DNA of 64,000 bases from a virus, in IMG/VR virus record IMGVR_UViG_3300020205_000565, positions 18,030-82,029 of that record, one strand, 5' to 3'. The notes under the pieces are model-generated. The model did not search any database and was not told the origin of the DNA. It saw only the letters and a program-made list of their open reading frames with translations. This document shows positions 9,543 to 19,697 of the stretch, in pieces. The position numbers and the translations under genes are program-made. Position 1 is the first letter of the stretch. Each line of letters begins with the position of its first letter.

Positions 9543-12500
9543 TATTGTTGCGGTTGCGGTTGGAAAGCGTTAACATCTTTTATTTTATTTGTGCTTGCAT
9601 TAGAAAGGTCTCCCTTCATTTGCATATTTGCCTGGCCTACATTAGATATTGTTCCTTTCCATGTGTTATAAACTGAATTAATATTTTCATTATATACTGT
9701 ACCGAAAACAGGAGTATTTACAGTTTCACCATTTGCGTTTATAGACGGGATAGATCCATTAAGACTAATTCCCCCTAGAGCATCTCTAGAGAATTTAATG
9801 CTACCTCCATTAGGATCACTAACTTCTAGTTTACCGCGCTCGTATAGAAATTCTTCCATTGTGCTTTGCATACTTCTAAATGGAGCAGACTCTGCTTTAT
9901 CAGAATCAATAAAGAATGTTACTTCAGGTAATTCACCTTTTGACATTCTTGTTGCTAATTCACTAGTAATGCCGGGACTATCACCGCTCCCTTTATGAGC
10001 TTCAACAAATGCAGGATTAAACGTAAAAGTTGCTGCTACTTTGTTACCATCATTAGCTGCTACATTGTAATAAGTCCATTTACCTGACGGACGTTTTGCG
10101 GCAGCTTCTGTATCATTCTTACCGCCATAATTTAAAGAGGCGGCTTGCATAGCAAAGTATACTGATGCGGCTGCTGTTTTACTATTTTCGGTATCCTCGT
10201 AAACGTCTCTAGTAATATTAAAACCATTACCAAACATAAACTTGGCACCCTTTTGATTTCTAAATTGATCAGATGTAGCAGCAGGACCTAGATCTTTTGC
10301 AAATAAAGACATTGCATCTTTAAATGGTAATTCGTTATAGAAGACAGGATCAAACTTAGCGCTAAGAGCTTCACCAACTAAAGCGCTAACTCCTTCAGCA
10401 CTAGACATTAGGTTAGGGTTAAATGTTGTAATACCTACGTATGCATCTGGATTTTTAGAAAGAGTTTCATATGCTTCTTGTAAATCTTCATAGTGATCAA
10501 TTGCATCTTCTCGCATATCAGCAAGACGTTCTTCTTCTGGTATAGCATAAGTATCAGCTCTCTGATAACCGCCTGCTTTACTTTTAGGATAATATTGTTC
10601 GTTGTCTTTATATGTTGCAAGGAAGTCGCTTACATATTCTTCTTGCGTTTTTATTCTTGATTTATCAGCAGTAAAAAATTGACCAGCGTTGTATGGATCA
10701 ACTCCTGATTCGTTTGACAAAACTGGAATTAATTTATTATGATTTTCTACAGTTACCGCCTGCATTTCAGAAAGAACTTTATTTACAGTTCCTATTCTAC
10801 TATTATTATCATTAATAACTTTAAGGGCATATTGTGCAGCAGGATTAGATTTATCAGTAATACCTATTGTTCCTGTTCTTGATGCAATACGATCATTTAC
10901 TTTCTGCCAGTAGTCTCCGCTATTTGGATCAGTTATACCTATAGATTGGTCAAATGAAATTAATTCATATTTACCATCTGCTGTTTGTTTAACAAGTCCC
11001 GATTGAGATTTAACTTTATCAGGTACTGTTATCGTTTGGTCTCCTGCTAATCCATAATACAAGTCTGAACCTCCCTTAGCTCCTATTGTCACACCTGCTG
11101 CAATACCTGCTGCTGCTACTGGAGTAGCTGCGCCAAAACTAAAAACTTCTCCTGCACCAGATAAAGCTGTTAAACCAATTCCTCCTATAGTTTCTAGTAA
11201 GCCCATTCCGGCTTGTCCCCAATCTGTGGGAGCATCTTGACTATAAGTATATCCTTTTTCTACAACCTCGTTATATAAACCTAAGTCTTCGTTGACTTGC
11301 TGACGGATCATATTTTTTTCCTCTTCCGTCTTAGCCTGGTCTATTCTATTATTTTGTAAATCAAGATAGGCTTTAGCATTTGTCTGTGTACCTATTCTAC
11401 CAGCTTGTGATACAGAAGATTGTGCGGATGCATTCTGGTCCATTACTGCAATATCTCCGGCAACATTTCCTCCACCGGTACCAGATTCTTTAGTATATCC
11501 AGAATATTCTCCGCCGGTAGTAAAGGGAGCTTGTCCTGGTAAGCCTCCGCCATTTTCTTTTATCATGGCCAGCATGACATCAAGTTCTGCTAACTTCAGG
11601 TCGTATCCAAACTTCTGAGCATTTTCTGCTACGCGGAAAGCATGCTCTTGGGCGTTAACGGCAAATGGATCTGCTTCAAACTTTAAGATTTTCATCTTAG
11701 CGTTAGCATAAGATCTAGCTGTTTCATTAACTAGATTATCCATTAGGAAGTAGCTCATGGCATTGTCTACTCTGTAGCGTAATCCTTCTATATCTTGTTC
11801 GTCAAAGTTTATAGCATCTGTTTGAGATAGTACTTCTTTGTTTACTTGATCTACAGTAGCCATTACCTGTTCATCCTTAATACTATTTTGATATAAGGCA
11901 ATAAGGTCTTTATCAAGATCTGGGTCAACCCCTTCAGTTCTAATTTTATTCTCTAATACCTTCTTAGTACTTTTGGCATTATCATTACTTTTGGTAGTAA
12001 CTGTATTTCTCTCTCTGTAGTAAGCGTTAATCTCGTCTACTCTAGTTTTTAAGTATTCTTTTTCTGCAGCTAATTCATCTCCGCCGTACTTTTCAGCTCC
12101 TGCCTTCATAGCATTTTTACGGTCTACGTAAGCTTGCGTTGCAAACATGTCTTTAATACGAGGGTCTCCTGCTACAACGGATCCAAATATATCTTGTAGT
12201 TTAGGAATAGCTGCCTCTCCATTGGCATATACAATATTGTACATTCCAGTTTGGGTAAGAGTCTCTGGGTTAATGTCGTTATCTTTACCAAACTTATAAA
12301 GCTTTTCTGCTGCATTTACAAATGGTACATATCTAGGAGCTGAGAATCTAAGTGACTGCTCATCAGTAGACTTAGCAAAGTCTTCTCTCTGAAACTCTAA
12401 TCCTCTATCTCCTTCTGCCCACCATTTAACTTCTGTTTCTTTTGGATCCGGGTTATCTCTAAGGGCCTGGCTTTTCTTTCTAGCGTTACCATACTGCTTA

Positions 12501-12835
12501 GTATAAGATAAGTCAGCTCTAAAATAATCGTTATCGATAAGAGGTTGAAATAACTTATTAGCTTTCTGGACGTTCTCAGGTAGAGATAAGTCTACTCCTG
12601 ATAAACGTTTAATTTCATTGTCTATCCCTGTAAAGAATTCGTTTCTTCTTTGTACGTTAGGTTCTCTAGTTAGCTCAGAATTAAGTAGTTGACCATAAGC
12701 CGCGCTAATTTTAGCGTAGCCGGCATCGTACTGTCCTTGCTTGGTCTCTAGGGCCTTTTGAAAGAAGTTAAAGTCCGGCTGAAAAGGCTGGAGCTTAGGG
12801 ATGTAATCTGTTATTCCTTGTATGTAGGTTGCCAT
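9542..12835 (-). CDS. Virion cargo/ejection protein (1097 aa) with a putative membrane-inserting hairpin
   Basis: Position in the cargo cluster, helical N-terminal half, and a Gly/Ala hydrophobic segment GMGLLETIGGIGLTALSGAGEVFSFGAATPVAAAGIAAGVTIG. Confidence 0.65.
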   Translation of the reverse strand: MATYIQGITDYIPKLQPFQPDFNFFQKALETKQGQYDAGYAKISAAYGQLLNSELTREPNVQRRNEFFTGIDNEIKRLSGVDLSLPENVQKANKLFQPLIDNDYFRADLSYTKQYGNARKKSQALRDNPDPKETEVKWWAEGDRGLEFQREDFAKSTDEQSLRFSAPRYVPFVNAAEKLYKFGKDNDINPETLTQTGMYNIVYANGEAAIPKLQDIFGSVVAGDPRIKDMFATQAYVDRKNAMKAGAEKYGGDELAAEKEYLKTRVDEINAYYRERNTVTTKSNDNAKSTKKVLENKIRTEGVDPDLDKDLIALYQNSIKDEQVMATVDQVNKEVLSQTDAINFDEQDIEGLRYRVDNAMSYFLMDNLVNETARSYANAKMKILKFEADPFAVNAQEHAFRVAENAQKFGYDLKLAELDVMLAMIKENGGGLPGQAPFTTGGEYSGYTKESGTGGGNVAGDIAVMDQNASAQSSVSQAGRIGTQTNAKAYLDLQNNRIDQAKTEEEKNMIRQQVNEDLGLYNEVVEKGYTYSQDAPTDWGQAGMGLLETIGGIGLTALSGAGEVFSFGAATPVAAAGIAAGVTIGAKGGSDLYYGLAGDQTITVPDKVKSQSGLVKQTADGKYELISFDQSIGITDPNSGDYWQKVNDRIASRTGTIGITDKSNPAAQYALKVINDNNSRIGTVNKVLSEMQAVTVENHNKLIPVLSNESGVDPYNAGQFFTADKSRIKTQEEYVSDFLATYKDNEQYYPKSKAGGYQRADTYAIPEEERLADMREDAIDHYEDLQEAYETLSKNPDAYVGITTFNPNLMSSAEGVSALVGEALSAKFDPVFYNELPFKDAMSLFAKDLGPAATSDQFRNQKGAKFMFGNGFNITRDVYEDTENSKTAAASVYFAMQAASLNYGGKNDTEAAAKRPSGKWTYYNVAANDGNKVAATFTFNPAFVEAHKGSGDSPGITSELATRMSKGELPEVTFFIDSDKAESAPFRSMQSTMEEFLYERGKLEVSDPNGGSIKFSRDALGGISLNGSIPSINANGETVNTPVFGTVYNENINSVYNTWKGTISNVGQANMQMKGDLSNASTNKIKDVNAFQPQPQQ

Positions 12836-12899
12836 ATCTTATTGTAAAAATACGAAAAAAAATCTTTAAAGTTTAATAAACTTTTTAAGTTTAAATTTA

Positions 12900-15779
12900 T
12901 TATAGTAAACCAACTATATAACTATAAGGAACACTTCCTCCCTCTTCGAAATAGTAATTAGGATTATTTCCTACCCCTGGATCTACTGAAGCGGGCATCA
13001 TACCGTTGTAAGCATTATAGAAGTTAGCATCCATAGGATTTCCCATACCTACATTACCTTTACCTTTTGTCCAAACGTTTGATAAAGGTCCGGCGTATTC
13101 TCTAGCTAAGTCTGGGTTATCTCTTAAGAACTCTGCAAACTGTTGAGCATCATTATGACTAAGCATTGCATTTTGGTTAGCTACCATTTCTCTATTTGGA
13201 GCAAAGAATAGTTCACCGCCAGCCGCAGGATTAATTCCATATTCTGGATACATCGTATTCAGGGTTTGTGCTTTAGCTCTATTAGTAATTCTATTAGCTT
13301 CAGCTTGAGCATATGCATCACGAGCCTCACGTTTAGCGTTATCGTAGTTCTGGTTGGTTGTATTAACTTTATCTACGTAAGCCATCATCTGGCCGGCATT
13401 AAACTTCTGAGCGTCGTTCATTATATCAGCTTGCTTGTAAGCAAATTCGTTAGCTGTTCCAACGTTAAGATTATTATACTTACCCATTATCTTAGCAACG
13501 TTATCTGCCAAACTTCCAGATGCTCCTGCTATTCTAGCGCCTAATGATTGTGAAGATCCCGATGTACCTCTAAATGCATCGGACGTTTCTGTAAGCAAAG
13601 CATTGTTAGCTTGAATTTCTTGCTCTGGATTATAAGGAGTTGGCTCAGGTAACATAGGTTCGTATGATGAAAGAGACGGATAATATCTGTTGATATTAAA
13701 CATGTTTCTTCTAGCATTACCTTCTAGTATGCGGTCCTGTATAAAGTCTGGCGTAGGTTTTCCTGTTTGATACCTTGGAGATTCTCCAGCAGTAGGGTCT
13801 AATAATCTTTCGGTCTCTTCTACTGTATCTTCAAGAGGATTTACTTTTCTATCGTATGTAAATGCATCAGCATGCTCTAATCCTAATTTCTTATCATCGC
13901 TTAATCCTGGACGGAATTGATCTGGTTTAAAGAAATGTTCTACAGCATCTACATAGTTAAGATTAGGTATAACGTTACCGTCTTTATCTTTAATCTCCCT
14001 AGCCGTTCTAACTCTCTTATTACCTTTAACAAATGCAGGTGTGTACAAGAGATCAGGATTATTAATATTAGCAGAAATATGTGGATCATTTATATCCATA
14101 CCTAAAGAGTAGAACATATTTTTTCTGTTCTTTAACTTATCTTCTGCTGATGCCGCATCCCAATCATCTGCCGTCTTACCAGGATTTCTAGCTTGCCAGA
14201 AACGGTACTCATAAAACTTAGGGTCTGTATAACCAAAGAAACCTGTATTCTCAGAAGACTGTAAAGCAATCTGGTATTCTTTTTCACCAGGTACGCCTAG
14301 TACATTATCCTCAGCGCCGTAAGATAAAAACTTAGTTAGGAAATCTTTTTCTGCAGTAGTCATCTTATCACGTGCAGCTTTAAAAATATGCCATCCTGGA
14401 TCTTTATCTGCTTTGCCATCGTTGTCTGAATCCCATCTAGTAGCATGGTATTCTGCTCCTCCGGCCGCTGCTAATTTATCAAGAATTACTTTGGCTTTTT
14501 TCTTATCTTCTTCAAGATTTCCAGTATAGTTTGTTTTACCAGACTTAGTTGAAGCAATAGGTTTAGTCACATCATACTCTTGAACTTGGTAGTACTTACC
14601 ATCCTCTTCGTAAATATCTCCTTTGGTTACAGCTTCAATTTTAGGCTTAAGCTTAGTCTTATCAGCTACAGCAGGTTTAGTAACTTTCTTTACTATATAC
14701 TGTTTACCGTTCTTTGTTATAAGCTTTTCTCCTTCTTGTAATGTATAGTCCTGACTAGTATTACTAGTTGATATATTATTAATATCATTTATACGAACAC
14801 CTCGGCCGTCCTCATAGTAAGTATTGCCATTAGCATCTTTACGAAGATAGATACCAGTACTTGCATCTGGTCTAGGTCCTCTGTTATTATTTGCAGCATA
14901 GGTAGGTTGATTTCGAATCTGCTCTAACAACTGAGTATAATAGTTATTATAATACTCTCGTTCAGCAGTTCTTTGTGCTCTACGCTGCATCCGTCTTTCC
15001 ATTCTAGGATTATATACATCCTGTTCAGGATCAGTTTGACCTCCAGGTGCATACTGTCTTAAATGATTCATCTGTCCCCCGTGTCTAGCCATAGGCATTT
15101 GCTGAGGCATCATTTCAGATTGTTGACCTTCCATAGCGCCTTGTTGCATAGCCATCATTTCTTCTTGCCCAGGTTGAGGTGCTCCCTCAGGCTGTGGATT
15201 CATATCTCTTGGTAAAAACATTGCGGGATCTAAGTTATACTTAGCCATGTATGGCATAGATGCTGTAGCTATTCCTCCCGGAAATCCTTTCATTGATTCT
15301 TGGATCATAGCTAGCTTACCTAACTTAACGTTATAGTTAGCAATAACCATCTCCGCTGTATTAACTTGTAATGCATCAGAATTAGGATCTTGTAATATCT
15401 TACGGTAAGTATTCATGTCGTACTTCTTTGCAATCTCTGCTGGAGTATAACCTCCTTTTTTTGCCGGTAACCCAAATTCTGCAAGTAATACGTCATCCTT
15501 AATTCTCATAGATCGTGTATCACTAAAGATAAATGATTCAGGCGGGACAGCTAAAGCAACTCCCCCTTCAAAGTGACGCTTACCTCTAATGTTATAGTGT
15601 GCAGGTCCTCCTTGTTTATTAGGAATGTAAACTGTTTCGCCTCCTTCGGCTTCTAGATTAGCAGCATCCCTAGGTACTGCACTTAACGTATTACGAACTT
15701 CTACTTGTTTTTTACCAAGCTTATTCGGAATATACTGTGGGGCCATTTGGTTCCCCGTCTTTATGTTGTTACCGTACAT
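12900..15779 (-). CDS. Virion cargo protein (959 aa)
   Basis: N-terminal EAEGGE...GKRHFEGGV...FIFSD motif of a type I recognise from Bacteroidota phage virion proteins; Q/M-rich linker; xxxGG motifs; Asn/Ala-rich coiled C-terminus. Confidence 0.6.
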   Translation of the reverse strand: MYGNNIKTGNQMAPQYIPNKLGKKQVEVRNTLSAVPRDAANLEAEGGETVYIPNKQGGPAHYNIRGKRHFEGGVALAVPPESFIFSDTRSMRIKDDVLLAEFGLPAKKGGYTPAEIAKKYDMNTYRKILQDPNSDALQVNTAEMVIANYNVKLGKLAMIQESMKGFPGGIATASMPYMAKYNLDPAMFLPRDMNPQPEGAPQPGQEEMMAMQQGAMEGQQSEMMPQQMPMARHGGQMNHLRQYAPGGQTDPEQDVYNPRMERRMQRRAQRTAEREYYNNYYTQLLEQIRNQPTYAANNNRGPRPDASTGIYLRKDANGNTYYEDGRGVRINDINNISTSNTSQDYTLQEGEKLITKNGKQYIVKKVTKPAVADKTKLKPKIEAVTKGDIYEEDGKYYQVQEYDVTKPIASTKSGKTNYTGNLEEDKKKAKVILDKLAAAGGAEYHATRWDSDNDGKADKDPGWHIFKAARDKMTTAEKDFLTKFLSYGAEDNVLGVPGEKEYQIALQSSENTGFFGYTDPKFYEYRFWQARNPGKTADDWDAASAEDKLKNRKNMFYSLGMDINDPHISANINNPDLLYTPAFVKGNKRVRTAREIKDKDGNVIPNLNYVDAVEHFFKPDQFRPGLSDDKKLGLEHADAFTYDRKVNPLEDTVEETERLLDPTAGESPRYQTGKPTPDFIQDRILEGNARRNMFNINRYYPSLSSYEPMLPEPTPYNPEQEIQANNALLTETSDAFRGTSGSSQSLGARIAGASGSLADNVAKIMGKYNNLNVGTANEFAYKQADIMNDAQKFNAGQMMAYVDKVNTTNQNYDNAKREARDAYAQAEANRITNRAKAQTLNTMYPEYGINPAAGGELFFAPNREMVANQNAMLSHNDAQQFAEFLRDNPDLAREYAGPLSNVWTKGKGNVGMGNPMDANFYNAYNGMMPASVDPGVGNNPNYYFEEGGSVPYSYIVGLL

Positions 15780-15781
15780 AT

Positions 15782-18700
15782 TTATAGATATGAAAGTTTA
15801 CCACCTCTTTTTATAATCTGGTTTATTTGATCTTCTGTCAAATATACCTCGTCTCCTTCTTTTAAGTTCTCCATCATGCTGCCGCCCATCTGAGCATAAG
15901 TATTAAATCCAGAATGGAAAGCGTCATTACCATCAGGGTTTCTCTTACCTCTACGGAAGTCACCAGATAAAATATCATAGTTTCCTTCTGTGCTTCTCAT
16001 AGGATTAAAGTTATTAGACGCTTGACTCCTTGTTTTGTACTCAGTTTCGGCATATGCTGCATCTCTTCTTTTAAGCAAGTTAGTTGCAAAGTTAATAGCT
16101 GCAAGATCTTTCTCAGGATTACGAACTTTTTTCTTTTTAAACTTTGATTCTACATCAAAGCCATCGCCCATAGCTGTATCCTTATCTTCACTTTTCATTT
16201 TTCTTGAAAGATCACTTAAATCAGTAACTATAGGCTTTCCATTAAGGTCTTTAACGCCTAGATCTATTTTATCTGTCGAAAAATCATGCGACATAGGTTT
16301 ACCAAACATATCTGTAACACCTAGGTCAAGTTTGTTATCATATAAGCTATTCATATGATTCTGTATCATTTCTTGTGAACTAGGTAATGACCAATCCATA
16401 ATAGGAGTTGTACCAGGTTGTGCAGAACCAAATGGTCCACCATCATCGTATCTTCTCATAAATCTATGTAAGGATCCGCCTTCTTTTTTAAAGTATTGAG
16501 GTGCAGTATAACCAGTAGCTGGGCTAAAGTAAGTCTGATCTATGTAGTCTTGTACAGCACCAGATCTTCCTGACCAAGCGTTATACTGAGTACCCGGTCC
16601 ACCACTATTACTAGGAAAATCTGTTAGTACCCCACCCGCTAAATCATCAGTCCTAAGATTAGCATAAATAACTTTTCTATGATCTGTTATAGAAGATGTA
16701 AATGCTTGAGGATCATCCGCATACTGTTGATTAATAAGATCTTTGTTATCCTTCCATAACTGATCAGCATTTGTTTTTAACCAACTTCTATATTCAGGAT
16801 TACTAATTACTGGACTACCTTTTCCTGTATAACCTTTATCTACACCAGCAGCTCCTAACACCATTACTCTAGGATCATAACCCGCATTAAATACCTGATC
16901 CGCAGCAATCTCTCTAATTGGAGCAGGCATGTCATTAAAAGATTCCCACAGAGCTTTCTTTTTTGGATCTTTGGCCATTACCGAATCCCAATCTTGTTTT
17001 ACCTTATTAGCATCAGGGTACATGAATTGTCCAGCACTTTTATCTACGGCATAGTTTTTCCAGCTTGGATCATAGTTATCCGGAAGAGCAAGTCCCGCAG
17101 GTTTAGTGCCAAACCACTCACCTTCTGTTTTAACTATTTGATTTTGCGTTCTGTTTAAATCAAAATCAGGAGGAGTATAAGAAGGTGTTGATGGATTAGA
17201 AGGAGTTGATGGAGCCGACGGATTTTTACTAACAGTATTTCCTGGCTTTTGATTAGTACTATTAGCTGTATTAGTACTATTAGCTGTATTAGTAGTATTA
17301 GTAGTATTAGTAGTATTAGTAGTATTAGTAGTATTAGAACTGCTACTAGGATTTGCAGTGTTATCGGCATTTCCATTATAACTAAAAGTCATTGACTTAA
17401 GTCTATTACCCGGATCCCTTGCTATACGAGTTTTAATCTCAGATACACCAAGTAACTGTGGATTACCATAACTACCAGCTAACATCTTTTCTCTAAAGTC
17501 TTTTGTAAGTCTGTTCTTAGAGATAACTCCTAAGTTTCTACCTCTCATGCTTCCGTAAGCAGCATAGGGATTATATCCACCGTAAGGATTATAATTGTCA
17601 TAATCCTGAGTTCCTCTTGAAGATTGGGGATTATATCCTAGAATTTCCCTTGTGACAGGATCTACAGCATATCTTACTCCGTTAATTACTGTTGTATTCT
17701 CATTAGTCGAGTTATTATGACCATCATAAAGTATATTACGATTGTCAGTTCCAATGATCTCAGATCCGTTTGGAGCAGTTTTTTTCTCTGTTTCTTTAGG
17801 AAGGTTATTTGGTTTATACCAACCCCCATTAGGGTTTTTAACATACCCTTGATCAGTAAACATTTTATCTTCTTCTGGACTACCAGTAGTAGTTAATGTA
17901 TTATTAGCAGTAGTACTAGGCTCTTTATCTCCTTGATACTTTTTTAAAGCTCCTCCGTCTCTATAAGGGATTTGCTCATAGCCAATACCTTTATTAAATC
18001 TATCTAAAGCATTTCTTTGTCGGGTATTATCTAAATTAGGAACAGACCATCCTGGTCCTTCTTTAGGGTATATATACTCTGTGCCAGCAGAATTATCAAG
18101 AGAATCGCTATAAGCACCTTGCATCATATCTCTAAACTGAGCACCATACTGGGGACCAACTCTATTAAATATATTATACGCCCCTATTTGTTGTTCAGAC
18201 ATAGCCTCCTCATTAGCAAGATCTCTGTTGTACTTATCTAAAAACTGATTGTAGGCAGCATTTTCTGGATGCCCTAAAACATTCCTTTCGAGGTCCAAAG
18301 TACGTTTTCCATAAAGTTTATGTTTCTTCATGTCAATTCCGGAGTTATCTAAATCCACCCCATAAATGCTTTTCATAGGAAAACCATGGTAGTCTAATTC
18401 TGTCCAAGGGTAGACAGTACCATAACCATTATAAGCTTGTCTTCTAAGAAGTTCATCATTGCCATATCCTAGTCTAATAGCTTCTTTATCTTTTTCGGTT
18501 TTAGCAAAAGCCATATCATATGCCGCACCCCTATTTTGAGGATCGCGATAATCTAAAACATGACCGTAGTTAGGATCAGTTTTTCCTAGATTTGATTCTT
18601 GAAGAGCAATAGACATTAATTCTTGAGGACTCTGACCATACTCTCTAGCCGCTCTTGCAATCTCACCTATTACGCCTGTATGATAATCACCACTTTTTAG

Positions 18701-19657
18701 ATCCACATTTGGATTAATAGGTTTACCCGAAGTAGCATTAATAGTACGAGGGTCATTGATATGTACACGACTTGGATAACTTGGTGCTTTATATTGTGGA
18801 TGTTTCTTACCATAACCCCAATTAGACTTTCTATAACTATCAATATCATCGTGCCCCATTTCTAAGGCGCGTTTATATACATCTAGGTTCATTGCATTCT
18901 CAAGTACCCCACTTAAACCGTCCTGAGCTCTTGGTAAAGCTCCTCCATCTCTTTTAGTAAAGAGTAAGTCATCTCCAAAGTTGTTAGCGTAGTTAGGATC
19001 GTTTGGTCTAAAAGGTTCTTGAGGATATGTGCTTGTAGGGGGTTGTGAGGGAGGAGTAGGTTTTTTAACGCCCGGTCTATCCCTATAGATATTCTTTTCT
19101 TTATAGTAATAATCATTAGGACCTAATGCTCCCATTCTTTGCACATAACCGGATACAGCATTTTGGCTTAAACGATTAAGGTAGTTAGAATTTTTTGCGT
19201 ATGCGTTTAAGTTTCCGGGATCATATGAATTCATAGGGTCGCTGCCCATACCCATACCATACTGAGCCATAGGCTGTTCTTGGTCTTGTTCCATGACGGC
19301 TTTCTCAAGATTTTTCTCAGCAGCATCGCGAATCTTTTGAATAAAAGTATTCATTCGATCACTATAAAAGCTCGTGTCTTCGTCCTCTTCTTCTACTGCG
19401 TTTGGATCGCCTCCTTCTTGCATCATAGGAAAACCATTGCTATAGTAATGGTCAAAGTCCTGCATAGTTTTTTCGTTTACTCCTCCTAAGTTTGCACCTG
19501 TTTGGTATTCAGGTAATCCCATAGGAGAAGCTCCCATAGATCCTACCGAACCTCCGTCAGGCATCCTTAAGAATAAATTACTTCCGCCATTCTGGAATCT
19601 TAGAGGAATCATTGTTCCTCCTTCCTTAGACTTATATCGATTGATCATTTTATTCAT
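15782..19657 (-). CDS. Modular cargo protein (1291 aa) with two lysozyme-fold-like domains
   Basis: SIALQESNLG...QAYNGYG resembles transglycosylase (SLT) motifs I and III. IVKTEG...DQVFNAG...AWSGR resembles GH108. Many xxxGG motifs. Confidence 0.6.
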   Translation of the reverse strand: MNKMINRYKSKEGGTMIPLRFQNGGSNLFLRMPDGGSVGSMGASPMGLPEYQTGANLGGVNEKTMQDFDHYYSNGFPMMQEGGDPNAVEEEDEDTSFYSDRMNTFIQKIRDAAEKNLEKAVMEQDQEQPMAQYGMGMGSDPMNSYDPGNLNAYAKNSNYLNRLSQNAVSGYVQRMGALGPNDYYYKEKNIYRDRPGVKKPTPPSQPPTSTYPQEPFRPNDPNYANNFGDDLLFTKRDGGALPRAQDGLSGVLENAMNLDVYKRALEMGHDDIDSYRKSNWGYGKKHPQYKAPSYPSRVHINDPRTINATSGKPINPNVDLKSGDYHTGVIGEIARAAREYGQSPQELMSIALQESNLGKTDPNYGHVLDYRDPQNRGAAYDMAFAKTEKDKEAIRLGYGNDELLRRQAYNGYGTVYPWTELDYHGFPMKSIYGVDLDNSGIDMKKHKLYGKRTLDLERNVLGHPENAAYNQFLDKYNRDLANEEAMSEQQIGAYNIFNRVGPQYGAQFRDMMQGAYSDSLDNSAGTEYIYPKEGPGWSVPNLDNTRQRNALDRFNKGIGYEQIPYRDGGALKKYQGDKEPSTTANNTLTTTGSPEEDKMFTDQGYVKNPNGGWYKPNNLPKETEKKTAPNGSEIIGTDNRNILYDGHNNSTNENTTVINGVRYAVDPVTREILGYNPQSSRGTQDYDNYNPYGGYNPYAAYGSMRGRNLGVISKNRLTKDFREKMLAGSYGNPQLLGVSEIKTRIARDPGNRLKSMTFSYNGNADNTANPSSSSNTTNTTNTTNTTNTTNTANSTNTANSTNQKPGNTVSKNPSAPSTPSNPSTPSYTPPDFDLNRTQNQIVKTEGEWFGTKPAGLALPDNYDPSWKNYAVDKSAGQFMYPDANKVKQDWDSVMAKDPKKKALWESFNDMPAPIREIAADQVFNAGYDPRVMVLGAAGVDKGYTGKGSPVISNPEYRSWLKTNADQLWKDNKDLINQQYADDPQAFTSSITDHRKVIYANLRTDDLAGGVLTDFPSNSGGPGTQYNAWSGRSGAVQDYIDQTYFSPATGYTAPQYFKKEGGSLHRFMRRYDDGGPFGSAQPGTTPIMDWSLPSSQEMIQNHMNSLYDNKLDLGVTDMFGKPMSHDFSTDKIDLGVKDLNGKPIVTDLSDLSRKMKSEDKDTAMGDGFDVESKFKKKKVRNPEKDLAAINFATNLLKRRDAAYAETEYKTRSQASNNFNPMRSTEGNYDILSGDFRRGKRNPDGNDAFHSGFNTYAQMGGSMMENLKEGDEVYLTEDQINQIIKRGGKLSYL
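17252..17337. repeat. 9-bp tandem repeat encoding a (NTT)n/NTANST linker
   Basis: About five agtagtatt units plus two degenerate 18-bp units are directly visible. Confidence 0.9.
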
Positions 19658-19697
19658 AATGTGCTAAGATAAGCATTATACTATAAGATACTGATTT

